64,000 bases of DNA from an uncultured Chloroflexia bacterium (lineage in GTDB: Bacteria; Chloroflexota; Anaerolineae; JAAYZQ01). Within the stretch, counting starts at the first letter, position 1. Each line of letters starts with the position of its first letter. Under the pieces are notes generated by a model, which worked only from the letters and a program-made list of their open reading frames with translations, did no database searches and had not been told where the DNA came from. The stretch is from contig CAVOXA010000010.1 of the NCBI GenBank assembly GCA_963700285.1, positions 1,952,001-2,016,000 of the forward strand, in the 5' to 3' direction. Positions 49,492 to 60,348 of the stretch are shown piece after piece. A program made the position numbers and the translations under genes.

Positions 49492-50361
49492 TTAGCTACT
49501 AGGTAGGCTCAGTATCGCTCGGGCCTCCTCCGGTGCAGCTGGCTCGCGCCCGGCGATGCGCGCGATCTGTACTGCCTTTTCCACCTGGTCCCAGTTTCCC
49601 TTCGACTTGGTCCTGGTCAGCGTGTCGAAGTAGATATTATCCTCCAGCCCGACGCGGATGTGGCCGCCAAAGATGGCGCTGGCCATGGCCACGGGAAAGC
49701 AGTTCGGTCCGGCACCGATACCCTGCCACGTTGAGCCGGGTGGGATCGCGTGAATGTAGCTGTTCACCATGTCTGAATCAAAGCGCACGCCACCCATCAC
49801 CCCAAAGACGAAGGAAAAGTGAAGCGGTGCCGCTAAAAAGTCATAATGCTCAAAGAAGAACAGCGCGTTATGGACATGGGATAGGGCAAAACATTCCAGT
49901 TCAGGTTTGATCCCCCGGGCCTGCATCGTCGTGCCAAACTCCAGCGTCGCCTCAAGTGGATTAAAGTAGGTCTTGTCATGGATGATACTGCCATCCCTGT
50001 AGTTGACCGTGCAAAAGTTCATGGTCCCCGGATTCAAGGAGGCCAACTCTGGCTTGTGGAGTTTGATGGGGCGCTGGCGCTCTTCCAGACTGGATTCCAG
50101 GCTGACGCCAGTACTGAGATTCAGCAAGACTCCGGTATTGTCGCGGATGCCCTGGACGACCTCGGCCATGACCGAGGGGTCGGTTGTAGGCGTGCCGCTG
50201 ACCGGGTCTCGAAAATGTACGTGGACGACTGCTGCACCTGCTTCTTCAGCCCGCACAGCCTCGCGTACAAATTCCTCTGGGGTATAGGGCACATTGGGAT
50301 TGTGCTCCTTCATGGTCATGCTGCCGGACAGTGCCGCGGTGATGATGACCTTCTTTTTCAT
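49492..50361 (-). CDS. beta-keto acid cleavage enzyme (BKACE/DUF849/Kce family)
   Basis: 'IITAALSG', 'NPNVPYTPEE', 'HVHFRD', 'HIRVGLEDN'. Confidence 0.92.
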   Translation of the reverse strand: MKKKVIITAALSGSMTMKEHNPNVPYTPEEFVREAVRAEEAGAAVVHVHFRDPVSGTPTTDPSVMAEVVQGIRDNTGVLLNLSTGVSLESSLEERQRPIKLHKPELASLNPGTMNFCTVNYRDGSIIHDKTYFNPLEATLEFGTTMQARGIKPELECFALSHVHNALFFFEHYDFLAAPLHFSFVFGVMGGVRFDSDMVNSYIHAIPPGSTWQGIGAGPNCFPVAMASAIFGGHIRVGLEDNIYFDTLTRTKSKGNWDQVEKAVQIARIAGREPAAPEEARAILSLPSS

Positions 50362-50372
50362 GCTTACCCTCG

Positions 50373-51341
50373 CTACTCTTTCGTTATCTCACGGATCGCC
50401 TTCAACTGCCGGACAAAGAAGAGGTCACGCTTGCGCAGGATCTCCTCCCGGGCGTCAGGTTCATACTCGTAAAATCCTTCACCGCTCTTGATGCCCAGCT
50501 TGCCCTCTGTGAAGAGCTGGGCAAGGATCTCGGGCATCTCTGCTGCTGAATTGAGCGCGGGAAACAGGTACTGGCCAACATTGTGGAACACGTCCAGGCC
50601 GCCAAGGTCGGCCGTCTCCAGCGGACCAAGCCATGGGTAGCGAAAGCCAACGCCGTTCTTGAGCGTACGGTCTACATCCTCGGCACTCATGATGCCCTCG
50701 GCCACCAAGTGTAGGGCCTCGCGCAACACGGCGTACTGGAGCCGGTTGCTGGCAAAGCCGGGCAGTTCTTTTTGGATCAACACCGGCACTTTACCCAGCT
50801 TTTCTGCGACCTGGTAGATGACATCCACTGTATTGTCCGAGCTTTGCTCGCCACGGACCACCTCAACCAAGGGGACGATCTCGGGCGGATTGGCCCAGTG
50901 CATCCCGCCCACACGCTCCGGATGCGCGCAGGCCGAGGCGATGGCTGTGATGCTGAGCCCTGAGGTGTTTGTGGTCAGGATGGTGTCGGCCGCGCATGCT
51001 GCCTCCATTCTGCGAAATAACGTCTGCTTCAGCGTCAGGTCTTCGGGCACTGACTCGAGTACGAACTGTGCCTCTGACAAACACTCTTCCAACCGCGTCG
51101 TCGTAGCGATTCGTCCCATGGCTGCCTCCGCCTCTCCGGCTGAGAGCAGCCCTTCCTGCACAAACAGGGCCTGGCTGTTCTCGATGCGGGCCACGGCACG
51201 GTCGAGACTTTCCAGGGTACGGCTGTAAAGGACAACCTCATAGCCAGCCTGGGTAAAGCACATGCTCATGCCGGCTCCCATCGTCCCAGCACCGATCATC
51301 GCTACCTGGTGCAAATCCTCAAAATGCATGCTTTCACACAA
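50373..51341 (-). CDS. 3-hydroxyacyl-CoA dehydrogenase-family protein
   Basis: 'GAGTMG', 'ESVPE', 'NTSGLS', 'HWANPP', 'GFASNRLQ', 'GPLETAD'. Confidence 0.92.
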   Translation of the reverse strand: MCESMHFEDLHQVAMIGAGTMGAGMSMCFTQAGYEVVLYSRTLESLDRAVARIENSQALFVQEGLLSAGEAEAAMGRIATTTRLEECLSEAQFVLESVPEDLTLKQTLFRRMEAACAADTILTTNTSGLSITAIASACAHPERVGGMHWANPPEIVPLVEVVRGEQSSDNTVDVIYQVAEKLGKVPVLIQKELPGFASNRLQYAVLREALHLVAEGIMSAEDVDRTLKNGVGFRYPWLGPLETADLGGLDVFHNVGQYLFPALNSAAEMPEILAQLFTEGKLGIKSGEGFYEYEPDAREEILRKRDLFFVRQLKAIREITKE

Positions 51342-51361
51342 ACTTGCTACCCTCCTTTGGG

Positions 51362-52648
51362 CTAGGGCTTTGCCCAGAGTTCCAGCGCTGCCTTCAATTC
51401 AGGGTGAGCGCTTGCCTTTTCGACCAGGGAAAGGCCCTCCACGATAGCGTCGATGGCCTGACGCATGGCCCGTCCTCCAGCCGCGGGGCCGCCGGGGTGG
51501 CCCTGGATCGCCCCGCCGACGGCAAGCATGACGTCGAAACCGAGATCCTCAATGATGCGCGCTGCAGTGGCGGGGTGGATGCCGCCGCCTACAGATGTCA
51601 TCGTCGGCTTGAGATCGTAGAGGGGCATGGTCTGAAAGTGTGCCGTTCTCAGGTACTTTTCGCGGAGCAGTGGGTAGCTGCTATAGATCGAGCCGAACAT
51701 GGCTACGTCCGCTCCGGCCAGGCGGTTCAGCTTGCCCAACAGTAGCGGCGAACTGATGCCGGCCCGTGGATTCTCCACCAAGGTGCCAGCACCGGCATAG
51801 TGGGCCAGAATGGGAATGGTGACTTGGGGATCCTCGGCCACAGCCTGGATGACGCCCAGCCCGGCGGCTGACTGCGTTGACCATGACCATGCCCGCTCCC
51901 AGCTCCTGGGCGCGCCGCGCATTCTCTACTACCTTCTCAGGCCGATCGGTGATGTTCGGGCAATAGACCGCCCGGTGGCCCGTCTCCTCGTAGACCTGGT
52001 CGGCCGCACGGCCATAGGCCGGTCACCCGGTCGAGCATGGCGCTGAATGTGGTATTGCCCAGCAGTTCGTCGTCCTTGATGACGTCAACGCCGCCGCGGG
52101 CTGACTCGGCAAAAAAAGCCGCCCCCACCTCCGGACCAAAACCGGTGCAGGGCTTGATCATATTCAGCAGGATAGGCCGTTTCGGGATGCCCAGGTGCTT
52201 GCGCAGGCCGGCAATGCCGAACTTGGGGCCGCCGAATCCGGCCACAAAGCTGGGCGAAAGGTACAGATCTACCAGCTTGAGCTGTGCGGCGGTAGAGACA
52301 TCGTTGCCCAGCAGGGTCGTGAACAGCATCGGGAACTGGGGGCCAAAGTTGGCCTCGGGAAAGGCGATCTGGACAAAGAAGGAGCGCTTGCCTTCCGGCA
52401 GGTCGGGTTCGAGTTCGACAGGCGGCGCATCATAGATGGCGACGATGCGGCCCATGTGGCGCTCCAGCATCTCACGCGTGACACCCGGCACCGGCGTCCA
52501 GGTACCCACGCTCTGTCCCACGGCAAAGGAGGCAGCCCTCGACGACAATGTCCACGCCGGGATCGGCTTCCAGGTAGTAGGTGGCAATGACGTACTCTTT
52601 GCTGCTCAACTCTTCGCTATAGGCAAAGGCACACGTTGCATCGTCCAC
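51362..52648 (-). CDS. RuBisCO-like protein (form IV), frameshifted
   Basis: 'GQSVGTWT', 'GPKFGIAGLR', 'MIKPCTG', 'GGVDVIKDDELL', 'ILAHYAG', 'GGGIHP', 'GGAIQGHP'. Confidence 0.92.
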
Positions 52649-52653
52649 GGCAC

Positions 52654-53808
52654 TCACCTTGTACTCAACCTCAATCCTGAGCTCTGATAATTGATGGCCG
52701 CATCCACCATGGCCACGATGTTCTCCGGCGGCACGTCCTCCTGGATGTTGTGCACCGGCAGCCAGCACAAAGCCGCCGCCGGAAGCCAGGTCGCTGGATG
52801 CGCGACTGAACCTCGAGCCCGAACATCCTCCGACGTGCCCGCAGGCAGCACGCGACCGGTGTCGATCGCCGCCCCAGAAGCAGATGCGGTCGCCAACTCG
52901 GCCTTCAGCGCGGCGGTGTCCATGCCCACCGACGAGACCTGGACCGGGTTCAGGGCGTCGACGCCGATGTCGATGAACTCGTGGATCGAGCGACTTGACC
53001 GCCCCACAGCAGTGATAGAGCACCTTGGCCCCATTCGATCTTGGCCTTGAGCAGATCGATCATCTGCTGGTGGCGGGGCTTGAACAGCCGGCGATAGCGA
53101 TCCAGATCGACCATGGGCCGATCGTGAAAGGCCACGTCGTCGCCGAAGGCGACCACGTCCACGTAGGGTCCCACCTCGTCCAGGACCGCGCCGGCCAGAT
53201 GCCAGCCACCAATCAAGGACCCGGTCCAGCAGGGCGTCCAGGAACTCGGGGTTGAGGACGATGTCCATGAGCCACTGCTCGTAGCCGCGCAGGTACTGGC
53301 TGAGGTGGACAAAGCCCACCGGCAAGCGAGAGGACCACGGCGTAGTCGGTCTCCTCGTGCAGCCGTCGGGCCTGTTCGCGCAGGCCCCGCGTGCCGGCCC
53401 GGATTCGAGCGGGTCGGGCCAGGGGAAGGTGTCCAGGTCGGCCAGCGTCGCCTCGCGGAGCGGGTTGCCCGTCGGCGCATAGTGCCCATCGCCCGCCCTG
53501 CGCCAGACCACGCCGAACTCGTCCGGAAGGAACCGTCCTCGAAATAGACGTCCTGCCAGCCATCGGGGCTGCCGACCAGCAGCGGGCGCGTGTCGGCGTG
53601 CAGCCGTCGGGCAACGCGCTCGTCGAGGATGACGCTTCGCGATTTGCTCTTCATATAGCGCGGTCTCGGCCTCAACGTCCAGGTGCTCCTTCAGCCGCTC
53701 GTAGGCCTAGCCGATGATCGTGCTGAAGGAACTGCCACCGACGTCGATGGGCACGCGGTCCGGTTGGCGATGCTCAACAGCCGCCAGCACCCTCTCGCGT
53801 GAGGTCAT
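52654..53808 (-). CDS. Uroporphyrinogen decarboxylase/MtaA-like family protein, frameshifted
   Basis: 'MTSRERVLAAVEHRQPDRVP', 'FGDD', 'YHCCG', 'LNPVQ', 'HNIQEDVPPENI'. Confidence 0.85.
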
Positions 53809-53933
53809 GTCTCTACCATGGGTTCTCCTTGAGCCAGCTTCTAGCCCTGTGCCTCTTCCCTTCCTCGCCCTGGCTGATCCACACAAAGATACCCCGCTTG
53901 GCAAAGCCAACGGCGCATCTCAAGCTGATGAGA

Positions 53934-54011
53934 CCGAGCCGAGGCGAAGGTCTTGTTCTGAGCGCAGTCGAAGGGCCTGTCCTGAGCGAGCGAAGGGCCT
54001 GCGAGCGAAGG
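53934..54011 (+). repeat. Cluster of short GAGC..CGAAGG REP-like repeats
   Basis: CCGAGCCGAGGCGAAGG, CTGAGCGCAGTCGAAGG, CTGAGCGAGCGAAGG, GCGAGCGAAGG in tandem. Confidence 0.6.
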
Positions 54012-55221
54012 CAAGGATCAGATCCACGGCGTCGGCGAAAGCAGCGGTCGTTGATGTGGGCGTCGAGTCTCGATCAGCTCGACCTCGGGCGACAGGGAAT
54101 CTTCCATCGCCTCGGCAAAGGCCCTGTTGGCTGCCTCGTCGTAGAGAATCTCGCCCTCGCGGTTCAGCATGCTAGTAGCCGCGCAGGGGAATCATCACCG
54201 CCCGGGGGCCGCTGGCCGCGTTGAGCCGCTCGGCGACGAGACGGGCCACAGCCGCCATCTCCTCGGCGCTGGCTCGCACGTGGGTGTGGGTGGGCGTGTG
54301 CTGGACCCAGGCCCGGTTGCCCGCAGCTCCTCCGGCAGTGTCCTCAGGAGGCCCGTGGAGCCGGATGTCGGTCGCGCCAGGGGTGACGATCTGGGGGATG
54401 CCCATCCGCCCGGCCGCCTCCAGACGGCCGGGCATGGCCGGCATCGAGCCCGCCGTACAGCAGGTCGGTGATCTCGTGGGGCGAATAGTCGATAACGCCC
54501 TTGACCACGCCGTCGAGGATCAGCTCTTCCATCGCCTGGCCGCCGATGCCGTTGCAGTGGAAGGCAATGACCTCAAAGCCCAATCCCTCCAGCCGCTCCT
54601 TGACGGCCATTACCCCGGCGTGGTGATGCCCGCCTGGGTGATGGCCACCAGCTCCCTGTCTTCCGTACTGGAGGCGACGGAACCTCCTCGACCGAGGCCA
54701 TGGCGACGACGGCCGCCGCTGCCTGGGCCAGGATGCGGCGCGGTGACCCGGTTCAGGCCCAGGATGTCGGCCACCGAGTGGATCATGGTGATGTCCTTGG
54801 TGCCGACGTAGGGACCAAAGGTCGTCTGGCCGCAGGCCACCGTCGAGACCATGACCTTGGGCAGGCCGACCGGCAGGGCGCGCATGGCCGCCGTGGCCAT
54901 GGCCGTGCCCTGAGCGCCGCCGACGCCCACCACGCCGTCCACCCGGCCCTCGGCGTGCAACCGGCCGACGACCCGACCAGTCCGTCGATCATGGCCTGCT
55001 GGCACCGCTGCTTGTCGCCGGTGGCGACCAGGATCGGCCAGCTCCTGTCCGGCGGCCCGGGCCACCTCCTGGCGGGTGATGTCGGCGGCGGATAGCCGGC
55101 TCGCCCAGGATGCCGGGGTCGATGACCAGCGGTGTCTGCCCTCGCTTGGGCAACCTGATCGCGCACATAGCCGACCTCGGGACCCTTTGGTGTCCAGGGT
55201 GCCGATGACGAGAATGTTCAT
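54010..55221 (-). CDS. Tm-1-like ATP-binding domain protein (UPF0261), frameshifted; 3' end approximate
   Basis: 'GTLDTKG', 'MRALPVGLPKVMVST', 'HSVADILGLN', 'FHCNGIGGQAME', 'HIND'. Confidence 0.85.
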
Positions 55222-56050
55222 GGCCTCACCCCCAGCCTTGGCCTGCAGCCAGCTGAGCATTCGCCAACCCCTCCTCCACCGACCGCATCATGGTGAAGGA
55301 CGTGCTTCAGGGCCTGGATCAAAGCCGCCGGGTTCGCGCTCTGCCAGATGTTGCGCCCAAAGGTGAGGCCTGCCGCACCGGCCTGTACCACGTCGTGGGC
55401 CATGCGCAGCACGTCGGCGTCAGTCTCCAGCCGGGGGCCGCCGGCAGCCACGACCAGGGCCGGGGAGGCCATCTCGACCACCTGGGCAAAGCTCTCGGCC
55501 GAGCCGGTGTAAAAGGTCTTGACAATGTCCACGCCCAGTTCCATGGCCAGCCGCGAGGCGTAGCCCACCCGCTCGGCGGTAAAGACCTCGTCGGGCGGCA
55601 CCAGCTCGCCGTTGGGGTAGGCGTGGACGATGACCGGCATGCCGGCCTGCTCCGCCTCGCGGACCAGCGCGCCGAGGTTGGACAGCGAGCTGCGGCCTGC
55701 TGCGGGCTGCCGACGGTCAGGGCCATGGCGATGGCATCGGCGCCCAGGCGGACGGCGTCCTCCACCGAGCTGACCCACACATCGTGCTGGGGATGGTAGG
55801 GCGACAGCGTGGAGGATTTCAGGATCAGGGCGACCCGCCCGGCGTAGGGCCGGAAGCAGCGCTGCGGCAGTGCCCTTCATCAGCAGCAGGGCATCGGGAC
55901 CGGCGCTGGCGACTCGGTCCACGACGTCCTGGATGTTCTCCAGGCCAGCCAGAACGCCATAGCTGGGCGCGTGGTCCACCGCGACGGTCAAGATGCGACC
56001 CGATGCCGGGTTTTTCATTCGTCTGGATGCGAATCTCTTTGCCTAGTCAT
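55218..56050 (-). CDS. Class I aldolase, DhnA/LsrF family, frameshifted
   Basis: 'VAVDHA', 'ELGVDIVKTFYTG', 'AGGP', 'FGRNIWQ'. Confidence 0.88.
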
Positions 56051-56072
56051 TTACAGATTAGACTCCTCTGTC

Positions 56073-57219
56073 TCAGTTATGTTGTCGTCCGCTGCCGTAC
56101 TTCGAGCCCCGCCGCCAGCAGGGCCCGATAGTTCTCCACCGGCACAAAGTCGGGGATCGAGTTGCTGGAGCCCAGCAGCCAGCCGCCGCCGGGCGCCAGG
56201 GCAGCCGCCATCTCGCCGCACCTCGGCCTCGACGTCGGCTGGGCGTGCCGTCGCACAGCGTCTCCTTCAGATCGATGCCGCCGGCCACGGCGATGCGGTC
56301 GCCCCACTGCCGCTTGACGGCGACAATGTCGTTCATCGGCGGCTCGAAGGGATGGATGGCGTCAAAGCCACAGGCCACCAGGTCGGGCAGCAGGCGGGTC
56401 AGGTCGCCGTCGCTGTGCAGGCCCACCGGGATGCCCGCCTGGTGGCAGCGCTCCACGATCTTGACGTACCAGGGATAGACGTACGGCGATAGACCCTGGG
56501 CGAGACCACCGGGCCGCTGTTGTAGCACAGGTCGTCGGGCAGCCAGACGGTGCCCACACAGTCGTGCTGGAGCAGCATCTCCAGCACGGCGAGCTGGCTG
56601 GCTCCCAGCCAGTCGTGCACGTCGCGGACCAGGTCGGGGTCGTCGGCCAGCTTGAGGCAGTAGTTCTCAAAGCCCAGCAGTTGCCAGGCGCCCATAAAGA
56701 CGTAGCCGAGCTGGACCAGCAGCTTCATGCCGGCGGGCAGCAGACCGGCCAGCGCCGCCAGGTAGCCGTCCAGGTCCTCATAGTCCGGGTAGCCGCCCAG
56801 GTCCTCGGGTCGCGGCCAGGGAAAGTCCTCGAAATCGCGCCGGTCGTGGATGAGGGCCTGCTTCCTCGGCGACCCAGCCGCCCGCGGCCCGCGTCCTGCG
56901 CCATGCTGCGTCTTCCGCCACGCCTGTACCAGCCGGGTGGTAGCCCCGCACCACCGAGCGCACCCCGGCCCGCACTGAGACGAAATCGTAGCCGGCGACG
57001 CGCCAAAAGTCTACTTCGTCCGTGATGCTTGGCCACGGGACGACCCAGGATCGCCGCCTTGTGGCTGTTGTGGATCGACATCTCGAACAGCGGCACCCGA
57101 TCGCCCTCACCCTGGCGGAACATGGCCCGGCGAACTCGTTCAAAATCTGGCGAGCCTCCGGATTTCTGGAGGGCCACCTGCGCATCTGACATCGGGGATT
57201 GGGGCGGGTTGCCAATCAT
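56073..57219 (-). CDS. Second uroporphyrinogen decarboxylase-family protein, frameshifted
   Basis: 'PDFERVRRAM..GDRVPLFE', 'PDDL', 'HSDGD', 'AIHPFEP', 'LGSSNSIP'. Confidence 0.82.
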
Positions 57220-57230
57220 GATCCCATGTC

Positions 57231-58496
57231 CTATTGCCATCCGGACTGAGCGGCCACATCCTGGGCCGCTTCTCCCTGGAGCAGACCTTGCCATGCACTC
57301 GGCGACGAGGTCGGCGAAGGCGGGATCGTTGAGGTGCAGGTCGGCCACGAAGCAGCGGGAATGTCCAGGCTGCAGCGTCGCCTGGAACTCGTCGATGACG
57401 GCCCGGTTGCCCTCGGGTACGTACAGGCGGCACGCCCTCCTGGTTGGGCCGCGAAAACCCCTTGCCCGGCAGGACGACGATCGTCGGTCCCAGGGCGCGG
57501 TTCAGCCGCTCGATCATCTCCCGGGCGGCGGCGACCATCTCGTCGGCGGTGGGCGCAAAGCAGGTCATCTGCGCATTGTGGACCATGTGCGGCCGGCTCC
57601 GGTACTTTTCCGGCGCTTTTTGCATGCTCTCAAAGAGCACGTAGTCGCTGCCGCCCACCGAGATCACAGCCGGGATCGCCGTCCGGGTGAGGGCCTCCAG
57701 GCGGTTGGGCGCGCCGGCCAGGCCGCCGTGCTGCTGGTCGATCACCTCGTGGGTGCTCAGGTCGATGACGCCCGCGAACTTGCCCTGCTCGATCAGCTGC
57801 TCCATGGCCGGGCCGCTGGTGCCGTTGGCGTGAAAGGGCACCACCTCGTAGCCCTGGCTCTCCAGCGTGGCCTTGACGCGCATCACGCAGGGCGTGGTGA
57901 TGCCCAGCATCGTGATGGCGATGGTCGGCTCGTGGTCTGAGCTTCGGCTTCGGCTAGCGCAGGACCATGCCGGCGATGGCGTTGGCCGCGTTGCGCAGGA
58001 TGGGCCGGCTGATGACATTCAGGCCCAGCACGTCGGTGATCGAGTGCATCATGCACAGGTCCTTGGTGCCGACGTAGGGTCCGAACTGGAAATTGCCGCT
58101 GGCCACGGTGGACAGCATCAGCTTGGGCACACCGATGGGCAGGGCGCGCATGGCCGCCGTGCCGATGGAGGTCCCCTGCCCGCCGCCCAGGCCGACGATG
58201 CCGTGCAGCCGGCCCTGGGCGTGCAGGTCGAGGACGATACGGCACAGGCCCTCGGTCTGGGTGGCGATGGCGTGCGCCTTGTCGCCCCGCGCCAGCAGCG
58301 CTTCCAGCGTCGTGCCCGCCGCCTGGGCCACCTCCTCGCGGCTGACGTCGGCCTCGACCGTCGGCGCCGGCAGGATGCCGGGGTCGATCAGGATCGTGTC
58401 CAGCCCCCAGGCGGCCACGTGGTCGCGGACGTAGGCCGCCTCCTCGCCCTTGGTGTCGAGGGTGGCGACGATGACGACGGTGCGGTTTTCGCTCAT
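57231..58496 (-). CDS. Second Tm-1-like (UPF0261) protein, frameshifted; 3' end approximate
   Basis: 'ATLDTKGEE', 'MRALPIGVPKLMLST', 'FHANGTSGPAME', 'HLNDPAFA'. Confidence 0.87.
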
Positions 58497-58523
58497 GCAT
58501 CCTTCCTCGCCTGCCATTGCATC

Positions 58524-59365
58524 TCAGATATTGCCAGATTCCACGAAATAGAAGGGCGCGCCCGGCATCGGCTTGCGCCTCTCGCGCAGGGGCATACCCT
58601 CGTAGGGATAGACCGGATGGTCCAGCACCGCTTCGTCGTGGCCGGGCAGGATGAAATCGGCGCGGCGGTCGATCTCTTCCATGCTGCGCCAGCCGTCGAT
58701 CATGCTCACGAAGCGCTGCTGGACCCAGTAGCGCCAGTGCTCTTCGAGCGCGCGGCTCCATGTTGCGGTAGCGGAACACGGCGTCGCCGCAGATGACGCA
58801 TGCTGCCCGCCGCCGTCTCGACCTGGACCGACTGGTGGCCGGGCGTGTGGCCGGGCGTGGGAAAGACGCGCACGCCGGGCACGATCTCGGCCTCGCCCTC
58901 GACCAGCTCGAACTGGCAGCCGACGAACGGCGCCTCGATGCCCAGCGCCGGCGACTCGTAGGAGCGATAGTAGAGCGGCAGGGGGTTGTAGGCCCACTGG
59001 ATCTCGGTGGCGTGGGCCACGTAGCGGGCGTTGCGGTACTTTTTCATGTTGTGGGTGTGATCCCAATGCAGGTGGGTAAAAATGCAGATGTCGATCTCGT
59101 CGGGATCGACGCCCATCTTGCGCAGTTCGTCGGGGCTGTCGAGGCAGTCCTTCTTCTGGCAGGAGTGGTGGTACTTGGTCGCCCGCTCGGCGTCGGGCAG
59201 GCCGGTGTCGACCATGATCTTGTGCTCGCCGGTGTCCACGTAGAAGCAGAGCACCGGGATCTGGATCTTTTTGCCGGGCTCGCCCTTGAAGAACATGTAG
59301 GTGCCCAGGTCGGTCTCGCACCAGCCGGTGTTGATGGGGTAGATCTTGGTTTTCTCTACAGACAT
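58524..59365 (-). CDS. N-acyl-homoserine-lactonase-family MBL-fold hydrolase, frameshifted
   Basis: 'VDTG', 'THLHWDH', 'TPGHTPGH', 'LPGHD'. Confidence 0.88.
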
Positions 59366-59384
59366 CGTTGTCCTCCTACTGCGT

Positions 59385-60182
59385 CTATGACCACCATGTG
59401 GCCGGAGTCAGAGTCGTGGTCTGTGAGCAATTCCGCCGCCTGGGGCCACAGCGCCGCGACGTACTCGATAGCGGTCGGGCCGGATGCGGATGTCGGCCCA
59501 GACCAGCGGCCAGCCGGTGGCGCTCAGGGCGATGCGGTCGACGACCAGCACCGACGCGCCCTCGGGCAGGCCCAGGACCTCCCGGTCCCGCTCGGTCGCC
59601 GGGACCAGCCGAGTACTGCTCTTGCATCTCCACCAGGACGGCGTGAGTACTTTTCCTCGAGCAGCTTTTGGAAGGAGTAGCGGGTCACGTCGTCGTGCTC
59701 CAGGCCCGGGCAGACGTCGAAGGGCATATAGTTGGTCTGGTTGGCCAGCGCCTGTCTCGTCCACCCAGCGGGTGCGCACGTAGCGGTAGACCGGGCTGCC
59801 CACGCTCGACCCGCAGCTTTTCGGCTGACCAGGGGCGTGGCCGGCTCAACCTCAACCTCGCGCACCTCCGACCTGGGCTTCAAGCCCGAACCGGCGGTGT
59901 GGGTGAAGACGCTGGCAAAGCTCGTGGTGGGCAGTCCCAGGATCCGGAAAGCGTCGCCCTCTCCGGTGACCTCGGCCACGCAGCCCCTTGCGTTAGGCGG
60001 TCAGCAGCGACCTGCCGCATCTGCTCCGGGGTCGCCTGGAACTCGGGCGCCAGGTCGTCCAGCAGCCATGACCTGGCCGCTGGCGCAGCTCGCCCGTCGA
60101 CGATGACCTGCTCAAATCGTCGCTGCAACTGCTCTGGGAAACTCGATGTTCAATGATTTCCTGCCAGATCTTCGATACTCAC
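59385..60182 (-). CDS. GntR/HutC-type regulator with UTRA domain, heavily frameshifted
   Basis: UTRA-like 'VYRYVRTRWVD..NQTNYMP', 'EREVLGLPEGASVLVVDRIA..IRPDRY'; degenerate N-terminal wHTH. Confidence 0.65.
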
Positions 60183-60257
60183 GACAAGCAACCACTGCCT
60201 GGCAGCCATTATACCTCAGGCCATGACATCTCCGGTCAAAAGCCGGCTAGACTTGTA

Positions 60258-60320
60258 GATTATCGATTATCGATGCTTTAGCACACAGGCTTTGACACTC
60301 GCGCCTGGATGTGCTATCAT
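60258..60320 (+). promoter_or_regulatory. Candidate operator plus sigma70 promoter of the cyclase-SDR-HOT operon
   Basis: GATTATCGATTATCGAT at 60258-60274; TTGACA(60292)-N17-TATCAT(60315). Confidence 0.75.
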
Positions 60321-60348
60321 GAATCATCAACTGACGAGGAGGGCAGCG

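Noticed and set aside
51362-52648. Carbon-fixing RuBisCO / Calvin cycle together with transketolase and aldolase
   Set aside because: Key carboxylase residues are substituted (K177, R295, loop-6 Lys); no phosphoribulokinase or small subunit seen.
52654-57219. True HemE or corrinoid methyltransferase system
   Set aside because: No heme-biosynthesis context and no corrinoid protein or activator gene in the window; only a family-level call is supportable.
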